Counted from the stretch's first letter, positions 1 through 11,458 are shown. The stretch is DNA of 54,526 nucleotides from Callorhinchus milii (GCF_018977255.1 NW_024705319.1:1-54526); one strand, 5' to 3'. A program made the numbers and translations. Notes: generated from the sequence alone by a model not told the origin.

Positions 1-30
1 ACTTTGTTTTGTTTTGTTTTATTTCCACAG

Positions 31-201
31 GTTCGTAGCCCTCCTATGCAAGAGCTGATCAACAACACGAGGGGCTTGCTCGCTCTGGGCGGCTTCATCG
101 AGAGCATGGTGCAGAGGAGCGACAGCTTGCTGCCGGCTACTGTCACCGTGCTCACGTCCACTCTGCTGCACACAGTAGCGGACGGGAACGCTGTCAAGGA
201 G
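31..201 (+). CDS. PKD1-like exon (extracellular REJ/GAIN helical region) VRSPPMQELINN...GNAVKE
   Basis: Polypyrimidine tract plus ccacAG acceptor at 29-30; 171 bp open frame; GT donor at 202 (weak, gtgcaa); phase 0 matches the next exon. Confidence 0.7.
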
Positions 202-404
202 GTGCAAGCTTGCAAATCTAAAAACATGTTAGCTAAGGGGCCATCCATTTAGCACGTACGCAAAAATGTGACCCCTCCGGCCGGTATTTAATCCACGCAG
301 AAACGATCAGTTGCGTACCCTGAAAAAGTTTGTCTCGTGTCCGCTCGGTTCAAACTCCGACTGAACGCAGTTGGACAGGTCACGTGTTTTCGGGATTCAG
401 TGAA

Positions 405-776
405 CAGGCTGGAGCAGTGTCAGGCTGATGCAGTGTCAGGCTGATGCAGTGTCAGGCTGAAGCAGTGTCAGGCTGAGCAGTGTCAGGCTGAAGCAGTGTC
501 AGGCTGAAGCAGTGTCAGGCTGAAGCAGTGTCAGGCTGAAGCAGTGTCAGGCTGATGCAGTGTCAGGCTGAAGCAGTGTCAGGCTGAAGCAGTGTCAGGC
601 TGAAGCAGTGTCAGGCTGAAGCAGTGTCAGGCTGAGGCAGTGTCAGGCTGAAGCAGTGTCAGGCTGAAGCAGTGTCAGGCTGAAGCAGTGTCAGGCTGAA
701 GCAGTGTCAGGCTGAAGCAGTGTCAGGCTGATGCAGTGTCAGGCTGAAGCAGTGTCAGGCTGAGGCAGTGTCAGGC
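405..776. repeat. Minisatellite, 16-bp unit GCAGTGTCAGGCTGA(A/T/G), ~23 copies
   Basis: Directly visible tandem array with no spacers; varies mainly at one position. Confidence 0.97.
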
Positions 777-1028
777 AGAGGCACAGCAGCGTTCGCTGCA
801 GCGTCGCTGGCCTCCTCCTCCTCATCATCATGCAGCTCTTGGTTGTTCTCACTGCCAGAAGAGGCAGCAGCAGTGTGGGTGCGCTGCTGTCGATTCGCAC
901 TGGCCTGGGACGAGTGGCACACGCCACACACGGGACATGCGCGCCTGATCATTTCAGGTTGTGCAAGTGACGGACAGTTCATTTCAAAAGTCCGGGCAGC
1001 AGCAGCAGCAGCACGAGCACCGCGGCAG

Positions 1029-1106
1029 CTAACATCCTGAGCATCTAACATCCTGAGCATCTAACATCCTGATCATCTAACATCCTGAGCATCTAACATC
1101 CTGAGC
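1029..1106. repeat. Minisatellite, 16-bp unit CTAACATCCTGAGCAT, ~5 copies
   Basis: Directly visible tandem array. Confidence 0.95.
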
Positions 1107-1789
1107 CAGCGCAGTGTGCAGTGAGGCGACATTGAGGACGTGTGATCACCCATGGGGCAGGCCGCCATGTCAGACTCACCGCTGAGCTGCGTGACAGCTG
1201 CAGTCAGGGGCACGGTGGCATGCCAGTGACACCTCTCCCACAGTCCCACTTCTCCGCTGGTGCTTGTCTGACAGCTAGAGACACTGAACTGTGGCTCATT
1301 TGAAGGCCGATGTAGAGACATTATATTATCGAGGCTTCACCCCCCCCCCCCATACGCAAGCGAACGCATTTGGGTTAACCCCCCTCCCCCCTCCATGCGT
1401 ACGTACTCAATGGATGGCCCTAATCTGTCGCATTCAAATATTTAATGACGTTCTGTAGTGGTGTCTGGATGAGACGAAGAGGTTGCGTGATTTTAAGTTG
1501 AGCTAATTGTGGTTTAGTGTCGAATATATACGATTCAAATATTTAGTATTGTACTGTACAGCTAATGTTCGGTACATAATGGTAATGATATGTAATATGA
1601 GACTGAGCTCGCTGTTATATTTACACAGTGCAGTCTCAAGAGCTCCGTTTGAAATGATTTTAAAACGGGGACATTTCCACTGCTTCTTCACGAGTGGCAT
1701 TATCACGCTGCCCCTCCGCTTCTATAATTAGATCTTGCTTTGAAAAACGTGCTTTGTATATTTCTTCGATTTTTTTCCATCTTTAAAAG

Positions 1790-1921
1790 GTGACAGCAAA
1801 GCTTATAGAATCGCTGATGACGTCAACTGTGCCAATGAATAATGTGAATGAGGTTCTGCAATACACGAACTCGCTCGGAGCCCTGGCAATGTCTCCGTCT
1901 GCATTCACAGTCGACAGCATG
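1790..1921 (+). CDS. PKD1-like exon VTAKLIESLM...AFTVDSM
   Basis: Pyrimidine tract plus AG acceptor; 132 bp open frame; strong GTAAGC donor; phase 0-0. Confidence 0.8.
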
Positions 1922-2097
1922 GTAAGCAACTCTCACAGGCCGTCTGATTTATAACCCTCGTAAATTAACACCACGAAACGTTTAAAACTGTAAAACTCTA
2001 AATTCTTACATTTAATAGCGTGCTATATTAATCTGAATATTTATTTAAATTAAACTTTGTCAGTGGATGTTTTTGCATTTCCTTTGTGACTTTTAAG

Positions 2098-2188
2098 AAT
2101 GCCATTGTTCAAGGAGCTAAGACTGCCGTGGAACAAATGGAGAGGCTCGTGCACGTGGGGAAAGCCAGCCTGCTGAAAGTGTCTGATG
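2098..2188 (+). CDS. PKD1-like exon NAIVQGAKTAVEQMERL...KVSD
   Basis: ttttaAG acceptor; GTAATA donor in phase 1, compatible with the acceptor at 2281. Confidence 0.65.
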
Positions 2189-2281
2189 GTAATAGGAAGC
2201 ACTCTGCATTGCTTCACATTGCCACGTTACGAGTTCACGAGGCGCGCTTGTTTAAAATCTCTCTCTGATGGATCATTGTAG

Positions 2282-2442
2282 GGTTAGACAATTATTTACG
2301 CTGTGAGCTCATGGGAGGTGTTTTGACAGACGTGCTGCGTGTGGTTGGAGGTGCTCTGGAAATATCCCTCTCCTCGACGCAGCATTCCAACAGGAGCCCA
2401 GCGAATGGCTCTCAAGCGGAACCTGCAGGGGGCATGCACGTG
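2282..2442 (+). CDS. PKD1-like exon (G)LDNYLRCELMGGVLTDVLRVVGGALEISL...
   Basis: ttgtAG acceptor in phase 1; open frame overlapping ORF 2311-2799; the 3' donor (GTGCGT at 2443) is uncertain. Confidence 0.55.
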
Positions 2443-3243
2443 GTGCGTGCTGGATACACCTTCGACGACAGCTCGACATGTCTTACGATGAGTGTTCCCC
2501 TTCTGCTCCTCCTTCCTCTTCTTCCAATCCAGTCCCTTGGCACAGGCCACTGGGTGCATCACAAGCAGAAGTCCACCCTTGTGGGCGATCACACCCCGCC
2601 TGCTCCCACGGCATTCCTCTTCACCCCACTGCCTCCTCCTCCTCCTCCACTCCGCCAATCCGTCTCTTCTCTGTCGTCCTCTGCGTCTCTTATCTTCCAC
2701 TCGCGTCGCCACTTTTTTTTCTGGATTCCTGTTTGGTGGAATTCTTCTGGAATGACGACAGCATGGCGTGGCGTGAGTTCCACAATTGTCTATGATTAGT
2801 CAATCGATTTTTAAGTTTATTCTAATCACTTCATTTCTTATTCTATCCAACATTATTACTCTGAGGTGGTACAAGTGGATGTTATCTACAGTCAAAGGTA
2901 CCACTGCATTAGTATTTAAGTCATATACAGTCGCCGTTAGTTCTCAATACACAACATCACAGAAGCAACATAGCTTATAGGTAAAGCGAGAGCAACACTG
3001 CCCCATGGTTAATTCGTTCACCTTTGCTGCATTGCATTTACACATTGTGGAAAATTGGAATAATTTAGTTCCAACATGCAAAGCGTGAAACTACTGTTAT
3101 GCGATGCCAGCCGTGATTCTAGAACACAGGACACACGTGAGCATTGAGGATGGCACCACCTATAATTGGGGGCACTCACATTCACACATCCAATGTCAAA
3201 CTGCACGAGTGGTCTCACACCAGAGCTTGGAGGTCAGATTTCA

Positions 3244-3421
3244 ACCTTGACTTAAAGCTTTTGTGACTGCAGGCATTTATATTCTTTGGGTCTTTCGGTA
3301 AAGTCACGTAGATAGGTTCAAAGACAATAACAAAACAACAACGACGTTTCGATCGCAACACAAACGGTTGTGTTGCGATCGAAACGTCGTAGCTGACTTT
3401 ACCGAAAGACCCAAAGAATAT
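3244..3421. mobile_element. Palindromic Penelope-like element remnant (inverted pLTR-type), same family as 53110-53337
   Basis: Outer inverted repeat TATTCTTTGGGTCTTTCGGTAAAGTCA (3280-3306 / 3394-3420). Inner inverted repeat ACGACGTTTCGATCGCAACACA (3341-3362 / 3369-3390). Flanked by a 12-bp direct repeat GGTCAGATTTCA (3232-3243, 3422-3433). Confidence 0.7.
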
Positions 3422-3579
3422 GGTCAGATTTCAGCTGTGTAATTTCCGGTGACATCTGGCACGACGAACGAGGCGATGGTGAGAACAACAAGGGCGCTAC
3501 AACGAGAAGGGACATCGGAGAGCTTCACAGCACGGCCGTAAATATCTACGCAACGGTGATGATGTTTTGTTGTCCACAG

Positions 3580-3821
3580 AACGCTGGCTTTGACGACCTG
3601 TTCAACACCTTGCTGCAGGTGGGGAAGCTGCACACTAAAAGGCTGTGCCAGGAGAAAAGCCAGTCTCCTTAAGTGCCGGCCCCGTCTCAGCGGAGATACA
3701 GACGATCGCCGGTTCTAAATTGTTTGATGCATCTTGGGAGACGGTGGAGGCGAAAGCCTCCCTGGAGCCCAACGTGAATGCAACTGGCACGGTGCAGCCC
3801 ACAGACAAGGTCAACGTTCAG
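3580..3821 (+). CDS. PKD1-like GAIN-region exon NAGFDDLFNTLLQVG..L/VPGEKPVSL...VNVQ (1-bp frameshift near 3644)
   Basis: ccacAG acceptor and GTATAG donor; length 242 bp is one base short of 81 codons; carries the VPGE.P motif of PKD1L proteins. The exon may start further upstream (~3435), where the same frame is open. Confidence 0.75.
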
Positions 3822-4442
3822 GTATAGAGAAGTGAGAAACACCGTCGGGATTCGGTTTCAAGTGTCACCTCTGGGCAGCGTTGGATGAGCATCGTTGATC
3901 CCACCAATGATGTCAGACGGGCTTCCGCTAGAGGGAGCTCTAGAGAGCCCTTCTGGAGTGTATTTGGCCTACTCTTCCACGCTGGCCAGATGTTTTGCAA
4001 AGGTGGAAGTACCCACACTTCACACCACCACACGCAGCCTGCACTTAGCTGACTATGGTGTTCCAATTATACTGTTGGATGGACAGAGGTGGTGCGATTT
4101 AAGAAACCCACCTTCAGAGCAATGATGTATGTACTTATAGAAGGCAGTACAGCAAAATAATATCTGACCTTCCTTCAAGTGTTTTCCCATACAGATTGTA
4201 TCCAGAAACACATGTTTTCTCTCAAACACTGAAAATCCAGATTGGTAAAATATCCCAAAGTTTTACCCTCCATGAAATGAGTTTCTAAACCCTAAATGGG
4301 TTTCCCGTGTAAACAGAGAAATCGTATTGTATATGTATATAACTGCAGTCTACTAAATGTACTCCGTGATGCAATTGAATATCAATGTTAGAGCATAGCT
4401 GAGAGCAGGGCCAATAGTATGGGAAGCTGGGTGAGCCATGCA

Positions 4443-4457
4443 CCACCAGATGTCGCT
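4443..4457 (+). promoter_or_regulatory. Possible CTCF-like motif CCACCAGATGTCGCT
   Basis: Resembles the CTCF consensus CCAC(C/T)AG(A/G)(T/G)GGCGC with one mismatch; motif match only. Confidence 0.25.
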
Positions 4458-4948
4458 TTCGGCCACCCAAGTCACTGTCACGGTGCCCCCACACGACGGC
4501 TTCACTGCCCCCCCCCCGCCCCCCATCCAAGAGCAGCTGGAGCCAGCTCTGGCTCAGAGTGCTCACGCAGCCGAAGCTAAGCACCACAGAATGTACAGAT
4601 ACCAGGATACGTAATACACAACGGTGACATCATAATACTTGATGAAATAGGCAAGTAATGTTATTACAAGTCACATTCTGTGACTATGACGGTAGAATTT
4701 TTAAGGAAGAGTAATTATTTCAAAGTACCATCGTCTGCTTTGCATCCACATCTGTAACCATATGTATTAAAATCACAATAAATAGGGAGTTTTTTAAGTG
4801 ACGTATAAAAATCCACACACAGCAGCATAACGTAATATAAGATAAGTTTCACTTGGAAATGCAGTTCAAAAGAGATTATTCAACAACTACACATAAAACG
4901 GGTGAAGTAATTGCATTTATATTAATTTGATGTTTTTGTTTCCTGAAG

Positions 4949-5433
4949 ATTTGGTCTTTCAAATCAGATCCACTGACGACCAACAATGGCGCTGCGCCAA
5001 ACAGTGCGGTGGCCAGCTTACACGTGTCCGCCACACAGAAGGACTTAAACATAACCTCTGCCACAATCACCGTGGCCAATAATGGAGATGCAGCAGGACA
5101 GGAGATCGACTTTTTCCTCAAGCACAACGAGACGGTTTGCGTTAAGAAGCTTACTGTGCACAAGCCTGGGACGGCAGTGATAATGGAAGTGCTTTCCAGT
5201 GACAGCCTAGTGGAAGGGCTTGAGATTTTAGTATGGCAAGGCAGGTTGCCTGGACTGGATCCTATAACATATGACCACCACTTCATGATTCAGCTAAATG
5301 CAGTGGCCACTGATGAAGATTTGTCCTCAAGGAACAAAGCGAGTGACGTTCAGGACCACAGACCAAATCACTTTTTTATCCCCAGGCAGCGATACGAAAG
5401 CTGGCGAGTATTACATTGGCCTTCGGCACAACG
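4949..5433 (+). CDS. PKD1-like GAIN-B exon IWSFKSDP...NSAVASLHV...FFIP/GSDTKAGEYYIGLRHN (frameshift near 5380)
   Basis: gaAG acceptor, GTGAGC donor, ORF 5009-5437. The 'S.VASL' and 'G.YYIG' motifs are recovered after removing one C from ATCCCC. Confidence 0.8.
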
Positions 5434-6248
5434 GTGAGCATTGTGCGGGAAATGCGTAATAACTCCGTGTTATCTACAAAGGCTGCACGTGAAGATAGCG
5501 TTGTCATCTGTCACAAAGTTCACGATGTTTTTTCTAATTTTTACACAGTAAAGTAAGTGTATTTGTATATCTGTTCCACATTAAATATGAGACTATGTTA
5601 TCGTTTGTGATTGCAAATTACAGGCTTTGTTTTGTTGGCTTAGTGCCATTCATAGTAAGGAGAGGCTCTCTTACATATTGTGGCATTGCCAATATGTGTA
5701 GTGCTAACTTTAGTCTTTTTGCAGGTTTTATTGCGTTTTCTTTCATTTTGCACATGAATACCCAACGAGGATTCTGGCAAACATCCCAAACAAAACCCTT
5801 TTGAAAAAGTATTGAGATTCAGAGATTTTAGTATTATCTAAGCCTGAAAATAACATGCATATACATTTTAACTTTATTTATGTGCATATTGCTTGTCCAC
5901 AAATGGTCCCTAGACGAGGTTGGTGGTAATACTGGGTAATATGTGTTCCTTTGTGCACTGTGGGTGGTAAATTTGACCCAGATACCGGGACTTCACTTAA
6001 AGATAGCTTTGTGACCTCTAGCATCTTCACCTTTAGTACCCAGCCTGCACAGCCTGCTGTCATGTTTACATGTTCATGGCATGGTGAATTAATGGTCACA
6101 TTCCTTTGCCAGTAATTTAGCCCCACAAATTCCTGGGGAACTACTGTGTGCATGAACGTGGCCACACCGGTTGTGGTGCCTTGGATTTCTTGACAGCCAG
6201 GTTCATGCCCCAAGAAGCACTTTCACTCTTTATTCACAGTCTCAATCT

Positions 6249-6500
6249 GGCTAGGTGGTTCAGCGGCAGAGCGAGTGGCTTGCATCCGATGCTTATGAGT
6301 TCAAATCCTGGTTATGGGTTGACTCGGCCCATCATCCCTCTGGGGTTAATAAAATGGTTACCACGTTGTGGGGAAGTCAACGGTGGTTGTCCTATGGATA
6401 GACTCAGCCCTGCCATAGTGATGTGTAATTTCCACCAATGGCTCAGGGCGGTGAAGAGAATATGAGCACCGTCTCAATGTTTACTTGAGCAGGAAATTGA
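6249..6500 (+). mobile_element. tRNA-derived SINE
   Basis: Pol III A-box-like TGGTTCAGCGG (6256-6266) and B-box GAGTTCAAATCC (6297-6308), followed by GTTGACTCGGCCCATCATCCCTCTGGGGTTAATAAAATG, which resembles a widespread conserved SINE central domain. 3' end approximate. Confidence 0.7.
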
Positions 6501-6681
6501 CTTTTTAAGGGACACAGGAAATTTACTTTTTATGGAACATTACTTCTAAGGCATAATCCTCCAAACAACTGTAGGGACGGATGTCGTGATATCTCTCCAA
6601 ATGCGATGTGTTTTGTTTCTGTTTTGATATATAACATCGATACTGTGCCGTTTTATGTTGTGTTGCATCCTGGTTATGTAG

Positions 6682-6772
6682 GAAGTAGTGGTCTGTCAAG
6701 TTGAATGTATGGACAGCTGCCTGCAAAATATGGGACAGTGACCATAACCAATGGAGCTATGCCTTGGCACGT
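6682..6772 (+). CDS. PKD1-like exon, first half of GPS motif WSVKLNVWTAACKIWDSDHNQWSYALAR
   Basis: C-x-x-W-D...W-S GPS signature; GTGAGT donor; needs a 1-bp correction near 6688 to join the phase-1 upstream exon. Confidence 0.8.
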
Positions 6773-7580
6773 GTGAGTCGTCATTCACAAACAATGATTG
6801 TACAACATCGTATGTATTATGTGTGTTAGCAATTCAAGAGAAGTAGTGAACACATCGCTATGTCAGTTTAACACGTAGGCTTTCGCGACCAATATCATCC
6901 ATAATACAGTGTTTTTGGGTTAGATCGAGTAAATATATAAATGTGTCGTTAAACCCGCTACCACCGACACAGCCAATTAGTAAGGTATGTCACGTAAACA
7001 GAACATGCCAATTCGTTACATTGTTACGTACTGTACTCCTTTATGTAATCATTTATTTTTCAGAACAGATCTGCATTGGGTCGGTTCACGTGTCTGGTTA
7101 TAAATTAAGGATATGGAGAGCAATGACTATTTATAAAGAATGCATGTTTATACTGCAGCGACGAATTTGAACCAAAATTCAAGTTGTACTATTGAATGTT
7201 TTTTAATTACCGGACTAGGTAATGCTGCAAACATCAACATATAAAGTTAAGCACAACAACCTCTCACGGTAGAATACGAATCGTCCAAAAACAAGTGTGA
7301 AAATGTCTTAAGATTTCAATGCATGAATGAGAACATTTACAAAATTTAGTCACTACTGTGCTAGGTTTGATTACATTTGAAATGTTGTTACCAGTTCTAC
7401 GCCTGCTATTACAAACACGTTGTTATTATTACTGTGATAAATATTGTTGTAAAAAAATGCTTATTCTGCATTCAGTTTTGTTTGCTTTAAAAAGAAATTG
7501 CATTCGTCCATGAGAATGCTGCAATGTTAACCAGTCTTCGTGGCAGTGATACATCCACACGAATGCATATTGTGTTGCAG

Positions 7581-7831
7581 GTCCATCCTAGCACAACAGT
7601 GCACAGCACTGTGTGTGAGTTCAAACCTGACAGTCGTGTCAACTTTGGCAAGGAAAAGGTCTTTGTGGGGGCGGAATTCCTGACTCCAAACGCCATCGAT
7701 TTCTCCACGTCTTCTCAAAATTTGACCTGGTGTCAAATGGTGCCGTGTTTTCCACTGTCATAATGATCGTTCTGCTCTACTTGTTGGTTTTATTGTGGGC
7801 AAGGAAGGCGGATGAGAAAGATAATGAAAAG
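7581..7831 (+). CDS. PKD1-like exon: second half of GPS, stalk and TM1 (frameshift near 7708)
   Basis: ttgcAG acceptor; VHPSTTVHSTVCEF...PNAIDFST/VFSKFDLVSNGAVFSTVIMIVLLYLLVLLWARKADEKDNEK; GT donor at 7832; length 251 bp is one base short of 84 codons. Confidence 0.9.
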
Positions 7832-10193
7832 GTACAAACTCCACAGCTTGTTTAATGTGCTTGATAACCATCAGAACAGTTTTGATGTCTGTATTTGCCT
7901 GTGACCAAGTAACCTGGAATGCACGCAACCTCGTCTCATCTCGGAAACTAAGCAGAATTGAGGCGGCTGCATGTTGCTTGGATTGGTGACCACAGCAATG
8001 TGTCACCACATTGCCATGGGGCTTCTCGACTGGCACATCTCCACTTCCATCATCCACCAGGCCACAATAACCGTCACGACACACACTGGGGTGTGGGGAG
8101 CCCCTTAATCTGCAGTGGATTAACTCAAAGCCTGTACATGTTACACGCACTTATAGCTGAGATATCCAATGATTTAAGTACCATACATCCATTACTCTAT
8201 CGGTTATCTGTGCGAATACTTGACTAATGGATAAAATTAATATAGTTATCAAAAAAAAGTGTCACCGCTAGCCCCGGAGCTGTGGTGAACTAAGAGTGAC
8301 ATTGAAATCCATGTTGTCTCGTCACATAAGTTTGATATGCATTACTTTCACCAATTTTTACCCAGTGTGGCCAAATATACCATTCTCAGAATCAGAATAT
8401 TTATATATCCTGGAGCAATCCGATGTGCTATAAAGCACTTTTTCAAAGATGTCCACAGATTCTTAGTATGAGACCCACGAAGTCAGACAATAAAACTAGG
8501 TTGGCCAATAAATTCAGACATTTTTGGGTTAAATTCAGGTTAGTTGGGGTTAAATATATCAACCAATGACCTCAAATAATAAAAAATGTTACACTGGCGC
8601 AGTAAAAATGTTTTAAAGGCCATCTACTTTATATTGCAAACAGATGGCACAAGCTAAAAAAGTTGGAATTGTGAAATGTTGAATATATAATATCACACAT
8701 TTTCAACTTCCATTGTACTTCATGAGTCAGTTTTAAATTCCACAGGGCAAATATTTTAACACACAGTGCAGCACATTGTTAATTGTCTTGCCAAATAATA
8801 TGGAATTCTAGGGCTTAGAAGTAATAATATTGCTACAAGAAGGGGTTATAAAGCAGTGATGTTAGGACAGCATTTGACTCAACGCAGTTTCTCCTAACAA
8901 AAACTATGCACGCCCAACACGTTCAACATCTCTGCCCATGGTGCATGATCTGTCTCTAGATGTGTATACACTGTAATGTAATGATTGATTCCGTAGCTTA
9001 GTTGAGATATGACTCCACGTGTGACCAAGATAACCTGAGCCTTTTAATCACCTGTGCCTGTAACACATTTATAAAATACAATCACAAAGCGAGTGCAATT
9101 CCTACAGCATTCTACAGGACGTGACTTGATGTGCGACAATGTAATAATTATCATCAGCTCGAGTTAATCCCTTGCAAGATGAATGCTTCCCCAAGCCACC
9201 ACGATCCTTCACGGCCCTGCGAATCAACACACCACGCAGCAGCTGTACTCCCTTCCTGTGCCTGCCACGCGGGGTTTATTCTCGACCGCCAGTCGTCCTG
9301 TCCAAACAGAGTTATTTTCTTCAACAGTCAAAATTACTTCTCTAACCTGCATGTGTTCGCCAATCCATGTGTTCCTCATTATGTCACTCAATTTAATCCC
9401 AAGAATGCCATCTCTGCATGCATCTTTGCACACGTTTGACCTTTAGTCCCATCTTTTTCATCAGTGTCCATGTATCTGTTTCGTATGTGATAGCAGGAAT
9501 GTTTCCAGGTAATTTTTGAAAGACATTGCCAGTCGGTGCTCATTGTCGAGTTGAGCTTCACGAGAGCACTCCATCCACTCTCGTCCACCACCTCTTTACT
9601 TCATCACATTCATATCCGTCCACTTTAAATAAGTGCCCAGGGTATTCATATCCTGGCGTGTTTCAAGCTGCGTCCCTCTGATGTATCTCGCGCAGTGTTT
9701 ATATAATGTGTTGCACGTGCTGTTTTGCTCTGCTCGGATATTAACGTACAAAACAACTTCCTCCTCGCAGAATACGATTTTGTGCCTTTTTGATGAAACG
9801 GACAAGTGCTCGTGTAAACTGCTCCTCAGAATTGCGACAAGCAACAAAGCAAGCGGCCGTACAACGTCGCCTGTTTCTTTCATCCTTCATTATGCAAAGT
9901 TTGATTCTGGAGTTTGTGAGCTCTCCCACCCATTGCTGAAGGTAACCACGTTGCTCATTACAAATGTATACAGTGAATATGCCTACAGTACTTTTGTATC
10001 ACTTAACAATGTCAAAAACAATGTGGTTCATATTATGATTACGCTTTTAGGTACACCGTTATGTAAAACAAAAAAATAACCTCTCTACATCATTTGGATT
10101 TTGTAAAAACATATAGTGGAAAACCTAGGGTCATTTATACCATCAATACTTTGCATGCTGTTACCGAGTGTGAAATTGTTGTGCTATCACCAG

Positions 10194-10347
10194 GAATTCA
10201 AGAGGAAACAAGTGTACAACTTCATATTTGCAATGCCACACTGCAGCGGCAAGCCCACGTGCATGAGAATCTGGCTGGGCTGTGACGGCCACACCGTCCC
10301 TGGAATGTCAGCGAAGTTTCTGTTTTGGATTTGCAAAAAAGAAATGT
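10194..10347 (+). CDS. PKD1-like PLAT/LH2 domain exon EFKRKQVYNFIFAMPHCSGKPTCMRIWLGCDGHTV/WNVSEVSVLDLQK (frameshift near 10299)
   Basis: caccAG acceptor; matches the PLAT pattern F.R...d.F......G.l..lRIWHD..G...W.l..V.V.Dl; donor position approximate. Confidence 0.75.
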
Positions 10348-10669
10348 GTGAGATACATTGTTTGGCCTTTTATATCACCAAGTGCTGTTTTAATTGTGTA
10401 CAGTATACCAATCATTCTTTATGCTTGTATTATCACTTTCTCTTCATGAAAGGCATGTGATTATCTACTGCAGTATGCATTTAGTCTGCAAACACTCAGT
10501 GTTGTCACTTGCGGCTTTGTTGACCACACAAAGAAAGGGTCACGATACGGCTGTCAGCGTTAATGATTTTGCCTGAACATGTGTCCAGTAGCAGACTCAT
10601 AGAAGCTTGTGTTGGAAGTGTTTTGTTGAATAGCTGCACTTAACCATTTCATTATTTACTTACATCCCT

Positions 10670-10755
10670 TTGCCGATCCACTGCTGGATGAAGGCCTCCC
10701 CATGCCATGTGGGATTTGTTTGACCATACTTCACCATTCTGGTCCGTGCTGATTG
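10670..10755 (-). mobile_element. SINE 3' fragment with RTE-LINE-derived tail
   Basis: 21-bp identity (10716-10736, reverse complement) with 49511-49531 and 27-bp identity (10676-10702, reverse complement) with 52012-52038. Confidence 0.7.
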
Positions 10756-11458
10756 CGAAAGGGGTGAAGTGATGGTGACAGCATAACCGGGATATAAGTT
10801 GGGACGGGGGGACGAATAGAATGATATCTTCTGCATATCATATCCATTCTGCATAATTATTTACATTTATTTGTAAGGCGCCTTCCACAATGTCCACCAC
10901 AGTGGGAAATAGAATGTTGAATCAAATCCAAATCATGACAATTACTTGAATGGTGGAAGTGAATAATTATTCCTTATATGGTGCATTTTAGCAAGTAGCT
11001 GTTAACATATACAACTGTATATTAGTACTGCATGAGGAGCCTCAAAGTGTTGTGTGAGTGATGAAATATCGGTATACTTGCACAGCAAATGTGAATAAAG
11101 TAGCACGGCTCTGCAAATACAAAACATCTCAGCCAGGTACCCAGTGGAAGTTGCCACTCAAATGTCTAGAGGTGTAAAGATTGGTTGGCATGAAGAGATG
11201 GGCTGCGTCAATCAAAAATATGTGATATTGACTGTGTCTGATGCAAGCGATTGCGCCTCAACAACAATGTATGACCACCAGTAAGTGTGCCAGCCTTGCG
11301 GGAATATCTAGAATAGTTCAAAATGATCATCTTATCTGCGTGGTATAATAATGCAATGTAAAAAAAAGATATTGACATTTGAAAGTCGGATGTTGCACGC
11401 TGTTTTGCAAGGGACAGGTAATTATCGCCATGTTACTTCGTACAATGTTTTATTTCAG

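Larger units (their letters stand above)
237..1420. mobile_element. Non-autonomous PIF/Harbinger-like DNA transposon (MITE-like), ~1.18 kb
   Basis: Left end (G)GGGCCATCCATTTAGCACGTACGCA matches the reverse complement of the right end GGGCCATCCATTGAGTACGTACGCA (25 bp, 2 mismatches). TAA flanks both ends (234-236, 1421-1423), fitting the TWA target duplication of PIF/Harbinger. No transposase ORF. Confidence 0.8.

Noticed and set aside
405-776. CRISPR-like array
   Set aside because: Units are head-to-tail with no unique spacers and no cas genes nearby, inside a eukaryotic intron; it is a minisatellite.
739-1321. ORFs inside the MITE as a transposase
   Set aside because: Short, low-complexity and partly repeat-derived, with no DDE or Myb/SANT motifs.
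2443-2799. 3' half of ORF 2311-2799 and overlapping ORFs
   Set aside because: Openness is explained by CCT/CT-rich low complexity; probably intronic.
6249-6312. tRNA gene
   Set aside because: A and B boxes are present, but there is no convincing cloverleaf or acceptor stem, and a SINE body follows.
9131-10079. Cluster of 60-148 aa ORFs in a GC-richer intronic patch
   Set aside because: No recognisable domain; could be a decayed transposon, but this cannot be supported from the sequence alone.
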